Source: a virus
Lineage: Duplodnaviria; Caudoviricetes
Direction: 5' to 3' (one strand)
Length of the DNA stretch: 64,000 nt
Virus record (IMG/VR): IMGVR_UViG_3300005611_000002
Location: 1-64,000 of that record
Shown: in pieces, positions 34,146 to 43,964 of the stretch
Numbering within the stretch: position 1 is the first letter of the stretch
Layout: each line of letters starts with the position of its first letter
Translations under genes and position numbers: made by a program
Notes under the pieces: model-generated
Told to the model about the DNA's origin: nothing
What the model saw: only the letters and a program-made list of their open reading frames with translations
Databases searched by the model: none

Positions 34146-37100
34146 ATGGCTGAGAAAAAAAAGAACAAGAAAAAGTTCAGTGAGCACGATCCCGAAAAAT
34201 ATATCAATCTGGAACCTACAATTCGAGAGGCAAAAAACTCGACTGCGGTCATATCATTTGGTCGTATGAATCCAATCACGAGTGGACACGAGAAGCTGAT
34301 CAATAAGGTGATTGCAGAGGCTCTTCGTATCAAAGCCACACCTATGGTTTTCATGTCACATTCTCAGGACGCGAAGAAAAATCCACTTTCGTACTCAGAC
34401 AAGGTCAAGTTTGCTCGTCGTGCATTTGGTAAAGTGATCGTTCAGTCAAAAGCACGAACAATCATTGAAGTCGCGAAGGAACTTACTGGAAAGTTCGATC
34501 ATCTAGTAGTCGTTGTTGGTCAGGATCGTATCAAGGAATTTGATACTCTTCTCAACAAATACAATGGTAAAGAGTTCAATTTTGAAAGTATTGATGTCGT
34601 TTCAGCAGGAGCAAGAGATCCCGACTCAGAAGGAGTTGAAGGTATGTCTGCTTCCAAAATGCGAGGTTTTGCTCAGGAAGGTGACTTCGAAAACTTCAAA
34701 AAGGGGCTGCCAAGAAAACTTCAATCGTCCGCAAAAGCAGTATATGATGCAGTCAGAAATGGTATGAACCTATCAGAAGAATATATGGAAGAAGAGTATC
34801 TCGAAGAACGAGGGCCTCTGTCGGTCATGCAAAGACGTCGTCGTGGCATGGTTATGAAAAGATACAAGTCTAAGATTGCTGCAGCTCGTAGAAGAGCTCG
34901 TCGTCGTAAAGCAAGCCCCGAAAAACTCAAAACAAGAGCACAAAGAAAGGCGCTTGAAATTATCCGTAAGAGACTTGCAAAGAATAAGAAATACTCCGAG
35001 ATGAGTCCAACCGAAAAAATTGCTCTTGACAAGCGTTTAGCAAGAGTATCAAAGGCTGTACTCAATCGTATTGCTAAAAGAGAATTGCCAAAGGTTCGTA
35101 AGGCTGAAGCTGAAAGATTAGCGTCAGTGCTTAAATCTAAAATCAAAAAAGAAGACTTGAATACAGTCTTTGAAAGCTTTATGATCGAAAAAGAAGATCC
35201 AGACGTGGGTCATCGTAAAGGATCTCAGCCAAAAGATTATTACAAGGGTGTAAAGAAGAGTGTCAAGGACGATCGCGCAAGACACTTTGAAAAGCATGGC
35301 AAGATGGACGATGATAATCCAGCAGCATATAAACCAGCACCTGGTGATAGTACTGCAAAGACAAAAACTTCAAAGCATACCAAAAAGTTCAAGCAGATGT
35401 TTGGTGAAGCATCTTGCGCAGATATAAGAGTTCGTAAAAGACCTCACATGGGTCTCAACAAGAACGGCAGCGCAAAGATCGACAAGAGATTCAAGATCTT
35501 TAAGAAAAAGATGAATGAAGACTATGATGATCCTGCAGAAGATCTAGCAAATCTGATTCTAGATCTGGACAGTTTCATAATGTCCGAAGAGTTTGATATA
35601 CTTATGGAGTCAGATCCAAAAGAAGCACTCAAGAAAAAAGCCGAAAAGACAGGTATCTCGTATGGTATTTTGAAAAAGGTCTTTGACCGCGGTGTTGCCG
35701 CCTGGAGGACTGGTCACCGTCCAGGGACAACACCTACTCAGTGGGGACTCGCGAGAGTGAATTCGTTTTCGACAAAGAGTAAAGGTACTTGGGGTAAAGC
35801 AGATAAAGATCTTGCTGCTAAAGTTCGTAAGGAAGAAGTAGAACTAAGCGAAAACTTTCTTGGAAAAATAAAAGGAGCATTGGGTCTTGGTTGGAACAAA
35901 ATAGGAGATACTGTTAGAGGATCAGTAATCTTAGATTACCTTGATAGTAATGACTTTTATGCAAGTCAAAATCTCGAGAAAAGAATTAAATCCAGCAAAT
36001 TTAAACTAATAGAACTTGATTTAGAAACTGCAAAAAAATATGCGGGTCGTACTGCTAAAAAGGCTAATGTTAGCAGTATGATCGATCCTGATAAAGAAAT
36101 GCATTCTCGTCAATGGAAATTAACGCGTGACAGTTTAATTAAAAGTCCGCCTGTACTAATGAGTGACGGTGATATACTTGACGGTAATCACAGGATAGAT
36201 CGTGCAATTAAACTAAAATTACCTAAAATTCCTGTTCTCATACAGGTAGGTAAAGGTACTTGGGGTAAAGCGGATAAAGATCTTGCAGCTAAGGTTCGCA
36301 AGGAAGAAATTGAACTTGATTCTTTCTTTGATCTCAATGAGAAATTCGAGCTTATGGAAGCTTCGATTATGGATAAAGCTTTAGCAGCTATTCACAAACA
36401 CGTAGTGCAAGGTACAGAGCTGAGTGACATCGCATTTCAGGTATCAAGAGCTCGCGGTGTAAATAAAAGTGGACGTGAACTTCAAAAAGCATACATAGCT
36501 AAACACGGTGAGCCAAAGAAAAAATCTGTTAGTCCACAGCGAACATCAGCTTTGAAAAAGAAGTATGGTTTTTCTGAAGCTAAAGAAATACAGTTCGAAC
36601 ACGGATCCTATAAGTCTTTGAACTTTGATATTTGTCCGAGTGCAAAAGCTGCATTCGATAAGAATGTAGAAGATGGCAAGTATGATCGAAAATTGCTTGA
36701 TGCTGCCAAAGCTGTTGATCGTTATCTTGGTATTGAAAAAGACCTAAGACTGAAAGACGAAGTGACAAAAGATGATCTAGATAAAATGACTGACGCTGTT
36801 GAAGCTGCTAAAGAAGAGATCAAAGAAGCAGGTTTAAAGGGTCATAATTATCACGAAATTCATATTGATAATGTCAAAGATATGATGAAAGATGATGTCA
36901 ATGAAAATGCTGCAACCGATGCCGTCAAAGCGAGAATCAAAGCAGAAAAACAGCGTGATGCTCGTAAACACGATCGTATGCTCGATCGCGCAAAAATGAA
37001 AGATCTCAAAACTAAATTGACTCAAGAAGGTTCAAAAGATCCAAGTGATCGTGAATGGGGAACTGACGGTCTTACAAAGACATATAAGAAAGATACTCCA

Positions 37101-37310
37101 GGTGAAGATCTGAAAGAAGAGTCTCCTTACGCGAAAGATCTACCAAGAGGATCACGAGTACGATTTTCAGTAAAAAAGATCACTGGAGAAGATTATGACG
37201 ATGAAGGTACTGTAGTCGGTACAGATGCGAATACACTTCGACTGCGTATTCGTGATAATAATGGACAACTTCATATAGTCAAACACGAAGACGCTGATAA
37301 GATTGGATAA
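34146..37310 (+). CDS. 1054-aa multidomain protein: cytidylyltransferase-like N-domain, Arg-rich region, ParB-like insert
   Basis: FGRMNPITSGHEKL, KNPL, GMSASKMR; LDGNHR. Confidence 0.75.
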   Translation: MAEKKKNKKKFSEHDPEKYINLEPTIREAKNSTAVISFGRMNPITSGHEKLINKVIAEALRIKATPMVFMSHSQDAKKNPLSYSDKVKFARRAFGKVIVQSKARTIIEVAKELTGKFDHLVVVVGQDRIKEFDTLLNKYNGKEFNFESIDVVSAGARDPDSEGVEGMSASKMRGFAQEGDFENFKKGLPRKLQSSAKAVYDAVRNGMNLSEEYMEEEYLEERGPLSVMQRRRRGMVMKRYKSKIAAARRRARRRKASPEKLKTRAQRKALEIIRKRLAKNKKYSEMSPTEKIALDKRLARVSKAVLNRIAKRELPKVRKAEAERLASVLKSKIKKEDLNTVFESFMIEKEDPDVGHRKGSQPKDYYKGVKKSVKDDRARHFEKHGKMDDDNPAAYKPAPGDSTAKTKTSKHTKKFKQMFGEASCADIRVRKRPHMGLNKNGSAKIDKRFKIFKKKMNEDYDDPAEDLANLILDLDSFIMSEEFDILMESDPKEALKKKAEKTGISYGILKKVFDRGVAAWRTGHRPGTTPTQWGLARVNSFSTKSKGTWGKADKDLAAKVRKEEVELSENFLGKIKGALGLGWNKIGDTVRGSVILDYLDSNDFYASQNLEKRIKSSKFKLIELDLETAKKYAGRTAKKANVSSMIDPDKEMHSRQWKLTRDSLIKSPPVLMSDGDILDGNHRIDRAIKLKLPKIPVLIQVGKGTWGKADKDLAAKVRKEEIELDSFFDLNEKFELMEASIMDKALAAIHKHVVQGTELSDIAFQVSRARGVNKSGRELQKAYIAKHGEPKKKSVSPQRTSALKKKYGFSEAKEIQFEHGSYKSLNFDICPSAKAAFDKNVEDGKYDRKLLDAAKAVDRYLGIEKDLRLKDEVTKDDLDKMTDAVEAAKEEIKEAGLKGHNYHEIHIDNVKDMMKDDVNENAATDAVKARIKAEKQRDARKHDRMLDRAKMKDLKTKLTQEGSKDPSDREWGTDGLTKTYKKDTPGEDLKEESPYAKDLPRGSRVRFSVKKITGEDYDDEGTVVGTDANTLRLRIRDNNGQLHIVKHEDADKIG
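35779..36316 (+). repeat. ~65-bp direct repeat (at 35779 and 36250) flanking a 157-codon in-frame insert
   Basis: KGTWGKADKDLAAKVRKEE(V/I)EL occurs twice. Confidence 0.9.
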
Positions 37311-37313
37311 ATT

Positions 37314-37757
37314 ATGTTGAGCTTCAAAGCTTATTTGCTTGAAACCCTGAAAATGCCTGCTAAATCAAGAACTCTTGGCGTTGATCGTAAAGAGATGCCG
37401 CAGATTGACGGAAAGCACACGAGTGATTTTTTATCGTATCTGAGTAAGAAGGGCATCAAGTCAAAAAAGAAAAGAATGGATCCTTCTGAGTTGAAGGCAA
37501 CTCAACACCAGTTTCATAAAACAAAGATACAGAGCTTACTTGACTACATGAATAAAGGTACTTATGATGATCAATATATACTCGTAAGTAAAGATAACTA
37601 TGTAATGGACGGTCATCATCGTTGGTTAGCTCACATGAATGCTAAAAAAGATATTGGTGTTCATCAGATCGGTATGAATGCAAAAGATCTTATTCAACTA
37701 ATGCACGAATATCCAAAATCATATACAAAGAAGTTGTACGAACATGAAATCATTTAA
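37314..37757 (+). CDS. ParB/Srx-like domain protein
   Basis: MLSFKAYLLE; LKATQ, ILVSKDNYVMDGHHRW. Confidence 0.75.
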   Translation: MLSFKAYLLETLKMPAKSRTLGVDRKEMPQIDGKHTSDFLSYLSKKGIKSKKKRMDPSELKATQHQFHKTKIQSLLDYMNKGTYDDQYILVSKDNYVMDGHHRWLAHMNAKKDIGVHQIGMNAKDLIQLMHEYPKSYTKKLYEHEII

Positions 37758-38805
37758 GTCATACATAAAAGAAACTCAAAGACTACAGGAAGGTGTGAAT
37801 GATCCTGCAATCTTCAAGGCAGTATTTCTTGCGGGTGGACCAGGTTCTGGTAAGTCATTTATTGTCGGAAAAACAGCTCTTACAGCTCTCGGTTTCAAAG
37901 TGATTAATTCTGATATCGCGTTTGAAACTGCTCTGCGTAAAGCAGGTCTTAAACCTACACCAGAAGACATTTATTCGCCAAAAGGCCAAGAAGTTCGAGG
38001 TCGTGCAAAAGCTCTTACAAAGAAAAAAATGAAACTTGCTATAGATGGTCGCTTAGGTCTTGTAATTGATGGCACAGGAAAAAATTATGCAAAAATAACA
38101 AATCAAGCAGAAATGCTGAGGGATCTTGGATATGAGGTTGCTATGATTTTTGTTAATACAGATCTTGATACTGCTATTAAACGTAATCAAAAAAGAGAAA
38201 GATCACTTCCAGATACTGAAGTGAAAAAAATGTGGAATGACGTTCAAAAGAATCTTGGTAAATTTCAAAACTTCTTTAGACAAAGAATGTTTATTGTTGA
38301 TAATTCAGAAGGATCTAATTACGAAGGTGCCGTTCTTTCTACCTATAAAAGAATATCACAGTGGGCGAAAACAAAACCCGCTTCACCTGCTGCAAAACAA
38401 TGGATCAAAACACAGCAAAATCTAAATGAACAAAAGTCCTGTGATCTTATTGGTATGGATCAAATTCGAGCGTTTGAAAAGTTTGTAGATCGTATGTTCG
38501 AAAAGTATGGAATTGACTTTAAGTTTACAAAACATTTTGGTGATCGCATGGGTGATGACCGAAACGATCCTTGCATTAAAATGAAAGAGCTTGCCGATTT
38601 TATCAAAAAGATTTATCAAAGACAAGGTAAGTCACTCAAAGGTGTAGCTGGAGCTGAAGCTGTGATCAAAGATATGCAATCAGACTTGAATATTCCAGTT
38701 GCTGTTGAGTACGACTCAAAAAATGATGAATTTGATGTTGTAATGAAAACAATCATGAGAAAGAAAAACTTCCGCACTCCAAATAAGGTTATCAAATATG
38801 ATTAG
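37744..38805 (+). CDS. Zeta-toxin-like P-loop kinase plus C-terminal domain
   Basis: MKSFKSYIKE; LAGGPGSGKS, IDGTG, RN..RER. Confidence 0.75.
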   Translation: MKSFKSYIKETQRLQEGVNDPAIFKAVFLAGGPGSGKSFIVGKTALTALGFKVINSDIAFETALRKAGLKPTPEDIYSPKGQEVRGRAKALTKKKMKLAIDGRLGLVIDGTGKNYAKITNQAEMLRDLGYEVAMIFVNTDLDTAIKRNQKRERSLPDTEVKKMWNDVQKNLGKFQNFFRQRMFIVDNSEGSNYEGAVLSTYKRISQWAKTKPASPAAKQWIKTQQNLNEQKSCDLIGMDQIRAFEKFVDRMFEKYGIDFKFTKHFGDRMGDDRNDPCIKMKELADFIKKIYQRQGKSLKGVAGAEAVIKDMQSDLNIPVAVEYDSKNDEFDVVMKTIMRKKNFRTPNKVIKYD

Positions 38806-39124
38806 TTTCAAGCAATACCTCGAAGAAAAAGCGTGCTGGAAGGGTTATCGTCAAGTAGGCATGAAGAAAAAAGGCGACCGAATGGTGCCTAACTGCGTGC
38901 CTGAAGAAGCAGAACTCGATGAAGGTTCTGAGTCTTGGGAAGCAGGATATAAGCGACGCGTGGTGAAGACTACTAAGCCGGAGCATAAAGAAAAAGGATA
39001 TAACTGGCGCATCAAAGGTAAGGATCGCCCTGAGATTAGTATCAAACTCTATAAGAAAAAACCTTCTCAGGCAGAGTTCAATAAACAGATGCGCAGAGTC
39101 GCAGGCCACGAGTTCGGAGGATAA
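38798..39124 (+). CDS. Hypothetical protein with CWKGY...VPNCVP motif
   Basis: MISFKQYLEE N-terminus. Confidence 0.7.
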   Translation: MISFKQYLEEKACWKGYRQVGMKKKGDRMVPNCVPEEAELDEGSESWEAGYKRRVVKTTKPEHKEKGYNWRIKGKDRPEISIKLYKKKPSQAEFNKQMRRVAGHEFGG

Positions 39125-39125
39125 T

Positions 39126-39677
39126 ATGAAAGCTTTCAAACAATACATGCACGAAGAGACTGTTCGTAAAGGTGTTGAATATCATGTAGAGAACTCAATA
39201 CCTCTTGCAGAATGTGTATTTCGTCCGCATAGCGAAGGTTTTTATCGTTTCTTCCAAGAAGCTCGCAGACAATATCACGAAGGTTTACTTCAAGTCACAG
39301 ATCCATTTGATATTGAATTGCTTGAAACAGATCTAGGTGATCATGGCGTGTATGAAGGTGAAGTAGTTCCTCTTGATATTCCCATGATGGAAGCTGAGTA
39401 TGATGGTAAAGATGTTGAACTTAATCAACCGAAACGCGGTGGACCAAAAAAGTTTTATGTGTATGTAAAAGACGGTGATAAAGTCAAAAAAGTTACATTT
39501 GGAGATACTACAGGTTTAGATGTTAATTTTGATGATATGTCTGCAAGAAAATCTTTTGCAGCTAGACATCAATGCCATCTCAAAAAAGATAGAACTACTC
39601 CAGGTTATTGGAGTTGCAATTTACCAAAATATGCATCTCAACTTGGACTTAAGAATGGTGGCTCATTCTATTGGTAA
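39126..39677 (+). CDS. Conserved T4-like hypothetical protein
   Basis: KKFYVYV, RKSFAARH.C, GYWSC. Confidence 0.75.
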   Translation: MKAFKQYMHEETVRKGVEYHVENSIPLAECVFRPHSEGFYRFFQEARRQYHEGLLQVTDPFDIELLETDLGDHGVYEGEVVPLDIPMMEAEYDGKDVELNQPKRGGPKKFYVYVKDGDKVKKVTFGDTTGLDVNFDDMSARKSFAARHQCHLKKDRTTPGYWSCNLPKYASQLGLKNGGSFYW

Positions 39678-39949
39678 TGAAACCTTATATTGATGAAAAA
39701 TTGAGTGAGCAGTCTTGGATACGAACATTTGATCCAAGTGTAACTGAAAATGAAGAATATGTATGGCACCGTGATCATAACGACCGCGTAGTAAAAGTAT
39801 TAGAAGGGAAGGGTTGGAAGTTCCAATTCGATAACGAGTTACCATTTGATATAAATAGTGGTGACAGCATTACAATTCCAAAAATGGTTTATCATCGAAT
39901 CATACCAAGTAATTCAAAACTAAGGATCAAGATCAATGAAAAGTTTTAA
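39677..39949 (+). CDS. Cupin-like protein
   Basis: WHRD...FQFDNELP...YHRII. Confidence 0.7.
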   Translation: MKPYIDEKLSEQSWIRTFDPSVTENEEYVWHRDHNDRVVKVLEGKGWKFQFDNELPFDINSGDSITIPKMVYHRIIPSNSKLRIKINEKF

Positions 39950-41234
39950 GAAATTTGTAGCAGAGTCTATTGAGCAGGAAGAGCTTGATGAAGCAGTTAT
40001 GCAGGGTTCAAAGGAACATCTCAAAAAACTACAAGGCATGCTCGATAAGGTAAAGCCAGGCTCTGTAGATCATAGCCAGATCAGAGGTGCTATTGAGTCG
40101 AAGTTTGGTAAGCAGCATATTCCAGCGAAGCACAGAAATGTAAAGCCAGATATGTATGAAGAAGTCGAGCTTGATGAAGCTTCAATCGAAAAACTTACCA
40201 GAGACAGAAACACTGTTTCTGGCCCTCTTGCCGATCGCAGAAAAGAGACCCTAAGAAAAAAGATAAAAGACGCTCGTAAAGCAGAAGAAGATAAGATTAG
40301 AAAAAATCTTGGCTTGGATGAAAAACTCAAGGCGTCTGATGATATGGGTGATTGGGTAAAGGACTTCCAAAAGTCTGATGCACCCCAGTTTAAAGGCAAG
40401 TCACAGAAAAAGCGTCAACAAATGGCTGTTGCTGCTAAGCTTGCTGCTGAAAGAAATGAAGAAGTCGAACTTGACGAAGCAGAGACAAAGTATGTGATCA
40501 AGCACAAAAAGACTAAACAAGTTTTGAATACGCATGATGACTACGCAACTGCTAAGGATGAGCATGAGGGTCTGGGTGCAGACAAAAAAGATTATGGCGT
40601 TTATAAACAGACCAAGAAGGATGCTGCTCTTCGTAATCGTAATACCTATCGTGAAGAAGTCGAGCTTGATGAAAAACTTGCAACCCATATAGTACGTGGT
40701 GATACCTACGTAGGTGTACCTGATCGTGTAGTTGCTCAAGCAAAAGATAAAGTCAAGAAAATGAATCCATCGACTGCGAGTGATCATCAAAAGGCAATAA
40801 ATAAGGTTCTTTCTGACATGGGCTGGGAAATGACTGCTGGTGGTAAATATGTAAGAGAAGAAATCGAGCTTGAGGACTATGATCCAAATGCGCAGATGGT
40901 TAAAAGGGAAGTTCAAAAAGCTAATGCAAATAGAAAAATTGCAGCAGCTAGAAATAAATCTCTAAACGTAAAAAGACAGACATCTCCAAAACCACTAAAT
41001 AAAGAAGAAGTCAACGAGTCGAATGATATAAAAATGGTTCGTCTAGGTCAAAAAATGCTCGATCTCGCACCAAAAGAAAAGAACGACATGATCTCGAACG
41101 CCTATTCAAAACTTGGTGATGCACTTACAAGATATGGTACAGACTTTGGGCCAAAAAATGTCAAAGATCTTGAAAAGAGAACAGGGCTGAATCAAAGAAT
41201 TATTATGGACCTCATCAAAAGAGCACAACAATAA
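39936..41234 (+). CDS. Putative internal head polyprotein with EEVELDE linkers
   Basis: MKSFKKFVAE; repeated EE(V/I)EL(D)E. Confidence 0.7.
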   Translation: MKSFKKFVAESIEQEELDEAVMQGSKEHLKKLQGMLDKVKPGSVDHSQIRGAIESKFGKQHIPAKHRNVKPDMYEEVELDEASIEKLTRDRNTVSGPLADRRKETLRKKIKDARKAEEDKIRKNLGLDEKLKASDDMGDWVKDFQKSDAPQFKGKSQKKRQQMAVAAKLAAERNEEVELDEAETKYVIKHKKTKQVLNTHDDYATAKDEHEGLGADKKDYGVYKQTKKDAALRNRNTYREEVELDEKLATHIVRGDTYVGVPDRVVAQAKDKVKKMNPSTASDHQKAINKVLSDMGWEMTAGGKYVREEIELEDYDPNAQMVKREVQKANANRKIAAARNKSLNVKRQTSPKPLNKEEVNESNDIKMVRLGQKMLDLAPKEKNDMISNAYSKLGDALTRYGTDFGPKNVKDLEKRTGLNQRIIMDLIKRAQQ

Positions 41235-41246
41235 GGAGAAACTCAA

Positions 41247-41696
41247 ATGGGAAGCTGGGGAAAGACTGATACATTAGCAGACGCACCAAAGTGGCTAGAT
41301 GCTAATGATCCAAACGCGTCTAACGATCTAGACTACGCATTCATGGTTGACGTAGACGAAGCACGCGTAGATAGCAACCGTGATAAAGGACTAAAAACAC
41401 CAGGTTGGAACCTTTACAAAGAGTACACAGACCAAAATGGTAATACTCGTCGCATGGTCGAGCCACTTGTAGTCATGAAGGTAACGCCTGAAGTTGCTGG
41501 AGACGTTGGCGTAAATGTAATCACTGCGCCTAACATGGTAGCCGGTGAAACATATACTATCGTAGAAGTTGGAAATACTGACTTTACAGCAGTCGGTGCT
41601 GCAAATAATGAAGTTGGACTTGTATTTACTGCTAATAACTCCGCAACCGGTAGTGGTACAGTAACTGAAGAAGATGATACCGTAGCAGATAGCTAA
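41247..41696 (+). CDS. Hypothetical (likely structural) protein
   Basis: AGGAG RBS; WGK.D...PGW..Y. Confidence 0.65.
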   Translation: MGSWGKTDTLADAPKWLDANDPNASNDLDYAFMVDVDEARVDSNRDKGLKTPGWNLYKEYTDQNGNTRRMVEPLVVMKVTPEVAGDVGVNVITAPNMVAGETYTIVEVGNTDFTAVGAANNEVGLVFTANNSATGSGTVTEEDDTVADS

Positions 41697-42073
41697 TGAT
41701 ACAACTTCGGGAATCAACCTTTCTGATCTACGCGGCAAAACATTATGACAATCCTCATTGTTCCGACGAGGCAGAATTTGAAGAAGATTTGAAAAGATTT
41801 CAGTACCTACGAAAGCTTTTCGGTAGATATAGACAGGATGCCGATCTCAAAGAGAGGTTGATTCTCAATCATTTGATCATTATCTATAATATGTTTGGAC
41901 CTGAAGCTACAAATATGCTCTTCATGAAGTTAGAAGAGTATCATGAGTATCTTAAGCCCTTCGTTGAATACTTGAACTTCATGCCAGAAGTTGTAATGTA
42001 TGATGATCGAGTAATAAATAAGAATAGTATAGTTTCAGATCAGACCATAGTAGAAACACTGAGAAAGATATGA
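41696..42073 (+). CDS. Conserved T4-like hypothetical protein
   Basis: YAAKHYDNP.C, ERLILNHLI..YN.FG. Confidence 0.75.
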   Translation: MIQLRESTFLIYAAKHYDNPHCSDEAEFEEDLKRFQYLRKLFGRYRQDADLKERLILNHLIIIYNMFGPEATNMLFMKLEEYHEYLKPFVEYLNFMPEVVMYDDRVINKNSIVSDQTIVETLRKI

Positions 42074-42074
42074 C

Positions 42075-43046
42075 ATGATTGTAGATTTATGGATGGTATA
42101 TTCGTTTATTCGTAGACTTGCTACTCCGTTTAAGGAGTGGGAAGCCTATAAACTTGGGATCATTGATGAAAATGGTAATGTACTTCGTAAAAGAAAAACT
42201 TTAAGACTGAAAAAAGAACGTGATGCATTTGGTGTCTTTGATGTTTTAGTACTGAATCTAAAGAAACTACTTGAGAAAGTGCCTGGTGGTCAATCTAGAC
42301 TTGCATCATATGCTGCTGCTTTGTACTTGATTCGTGAATGGAATCATTTTAGTGCTGATTCATTATTGACTGAAGATATTACTGATGAGCAACTGTCTGA
42401 ATCCATTGATTTATTTTATGACAGATATGTCAATTATATCCAATTACCAGAAAATGTCAAGGATTTAATTACCGAAGTTGCAAAAAATCCTAAACCGCCT
42501 AGATGGAAAAGAGCTGGGCCAAATGGTGAACTTGAAATAAAGTTTCCCACAGGTCGTAGATTCAAGGTTGAAAAACAATTTGATGAAAATGAGCGCCACA
42601 GAGGTGAATGGAAAGTTATGGAATATAAAACAGGTGGTTGGGTGGACGACTGGGAATGGATTGACACATATAAGCCGAAAGGCTTTGCTAAACAAAAAGC
42701 CATGCAGTTAGGTCAATATGATAAAAAAGGTAAAAAAGTGGCAGACTATTCTTCTACATTTCAATATGAATCAGTTCAAGAAGCTGCTACAAACCCGCAT
42801 ACTCTTAAATTGATTGATAAAATTAAAAGGTCTGGTGTTGTTAAATCCGGGTCTATGTCGAAACAAGTTAACACAAAACCAGAATTAGAAGAAGAGCCAG
42901 TAAATAACGTAGGTTCTGGTAACATAGCAGGACTTGGCGTTGGACCTCAGGGAGAACCTGGCTTGACTCCTGCTCAGATGAAAAGATACAAGAAAAAGAA
43001 CAAAGGTCCGAAAAGATTGAGAGACGTAGTAGGAAAGATGGTCTGA
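42075..43046 (+). CDS. Conserved T4-like hypothetical protein
   Basis: LATPF.EW.AYKLGIIDE.G. Confidence 0.7.
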   Translation: MIVDLWMVYSFIRRLATPFKEWEAYKLGIIDENGNVLRKRKTLRLKKERDAFGVFDVLVLNLKKLLEKVPGGQSRLASYAAALYLIREWNHFSADSLLTEDITDEQLSESIDLFYDRYVNYIQLPENVKDLITEVAKNPKPPRWKRAGPNGELEIKFPTGRRFKVEKQFDENERHRGEWKVMEYKTGGWVDDWEWIDTYKPKGFAKQKAMQLGQYDKKGKKVADYSSTFQYESVQEAATNPHTLKLIDKIKRSGVVKSGSMSKQVNTKPELEEEPVNNVGSGNIAGLGVGPQGEPGLTPAQMKRYKKKNKGPKRLRDVVGKMV

Positions 43047-43930
43047 TGCTAGGTCTTTTCAAAAAGAAGGAACCGCCGATGATTACATTTGATCAATTTC
43101 GAGCAATGATACCAACAAATCGCGAACCTGAAGCTTGGTACAATGAAGTAGTTGACATGTTCCGAAAGTATGATATAATGACTCCAAATAGGATTGCTGG
43201 TTTCATGGCTCAGTGCGCGCATGAGTCAAGAGACTTTACTGCACTTGAAGAAAACTTGAACTACTCAGCAGATGCACTTTATCGTGTTTTTGGTCGTAGG
43301 TATTTTCCAACGAAAGCGAAGGCGCAAGAGTATCATCGCCAACCAGAAAAGATTGCAAACTACGTTTACATGGACGAAAACAGATCTAAGCGTGGTGCTC
43401 TCGGTAATGTTCGTCCCGGTGATGGGTGGAAGTTTCGTGGCCGCGGCATCAAGCAACTGACCGGAAGAAATAATTATGAAGCATTTGGTCGTAGTGTGGG
43501 AATGACCGCAGATCAAGCGGCTGATTATGTTGCAACAAAGAAGGGTGCACTCGAGTCTGCTTGCTGGTTCTGGGCAGCAAATAATATCAGCCGATACGCA
43601 GATGCTGATGATATCGTAGGTATGTCAAAACGAATCAACGGCGGTACTATCGGTCTTGACGATCGTGTAGCTCGTTATAACAGAGCAAAAGCTATTCTTG
43701 GAGGTTCTCCTGCTTCGGTAGTATCGAGACCCAAGAAAACTGCTCCGCGCACTCTTCGTCGTGGTATGAAAGGATCTGATGTAGCGAGAATGCAGAAAGC
43801 TATCGGTGTTACAGCTGATGGTACCTTCGGACCTGGTACTATGGTTGCAGTGAAGAAATGGCAGCGTGCGAATGGTCTCGTTGCAGATGGTATTGTAGGG
43901 CCTAATACTCAAGCAAAAATGTTCGGATAA
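43046..43930 (+). CDS. Endolysin, GH19 + peptidoglycan-binding domain
   Basis: AQCAHES, FRGRG.KQLTGR.NY, INGG..G..DR; DG.FGP.T repeats. Confidence 0.92.
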   Translation: MLGLFKKKEPPMITFDQFRAMIPTNREPEAWYNEVVDMFRKYDIMTPNRIAGFMAQCAHESRDFTALEENLNYSADALYRVFGRRYFPTKAKAQEYHRQPEKIANYVYMDENRSKRGALGNVRPGDGWKFRGRGIKQLTGRNNYEAFGRSVGMTADQAADYVATKKGALESACWFWAANNISRYADADDIVGMSKRINGGTIGLDDRVARYNRAKAILGGSPASVVSRPKKTAPRTLRRGMKGSDVARMQKAIGVTADGTFGPGTMVAVKKWQRANGLVADGIVGPNTQAKMFG

Positions 43931-43964
43931 TAAATAGAACTACAAAACAATAAAGGAGGCAGAA

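Noticed and set aside
37744-38805. Epsilon-zeta toxin-antitoxin system
   Set aside because: No antitoxin-like partner; the context suggests a virion-associated kinase
39970-40880. CRISPR-like array from the repeated GAAGAAGTCGAGCTTGATGAA
   Set aside because: Spacing is irregular (~180-300 bp), in frame and coding; no cas genes
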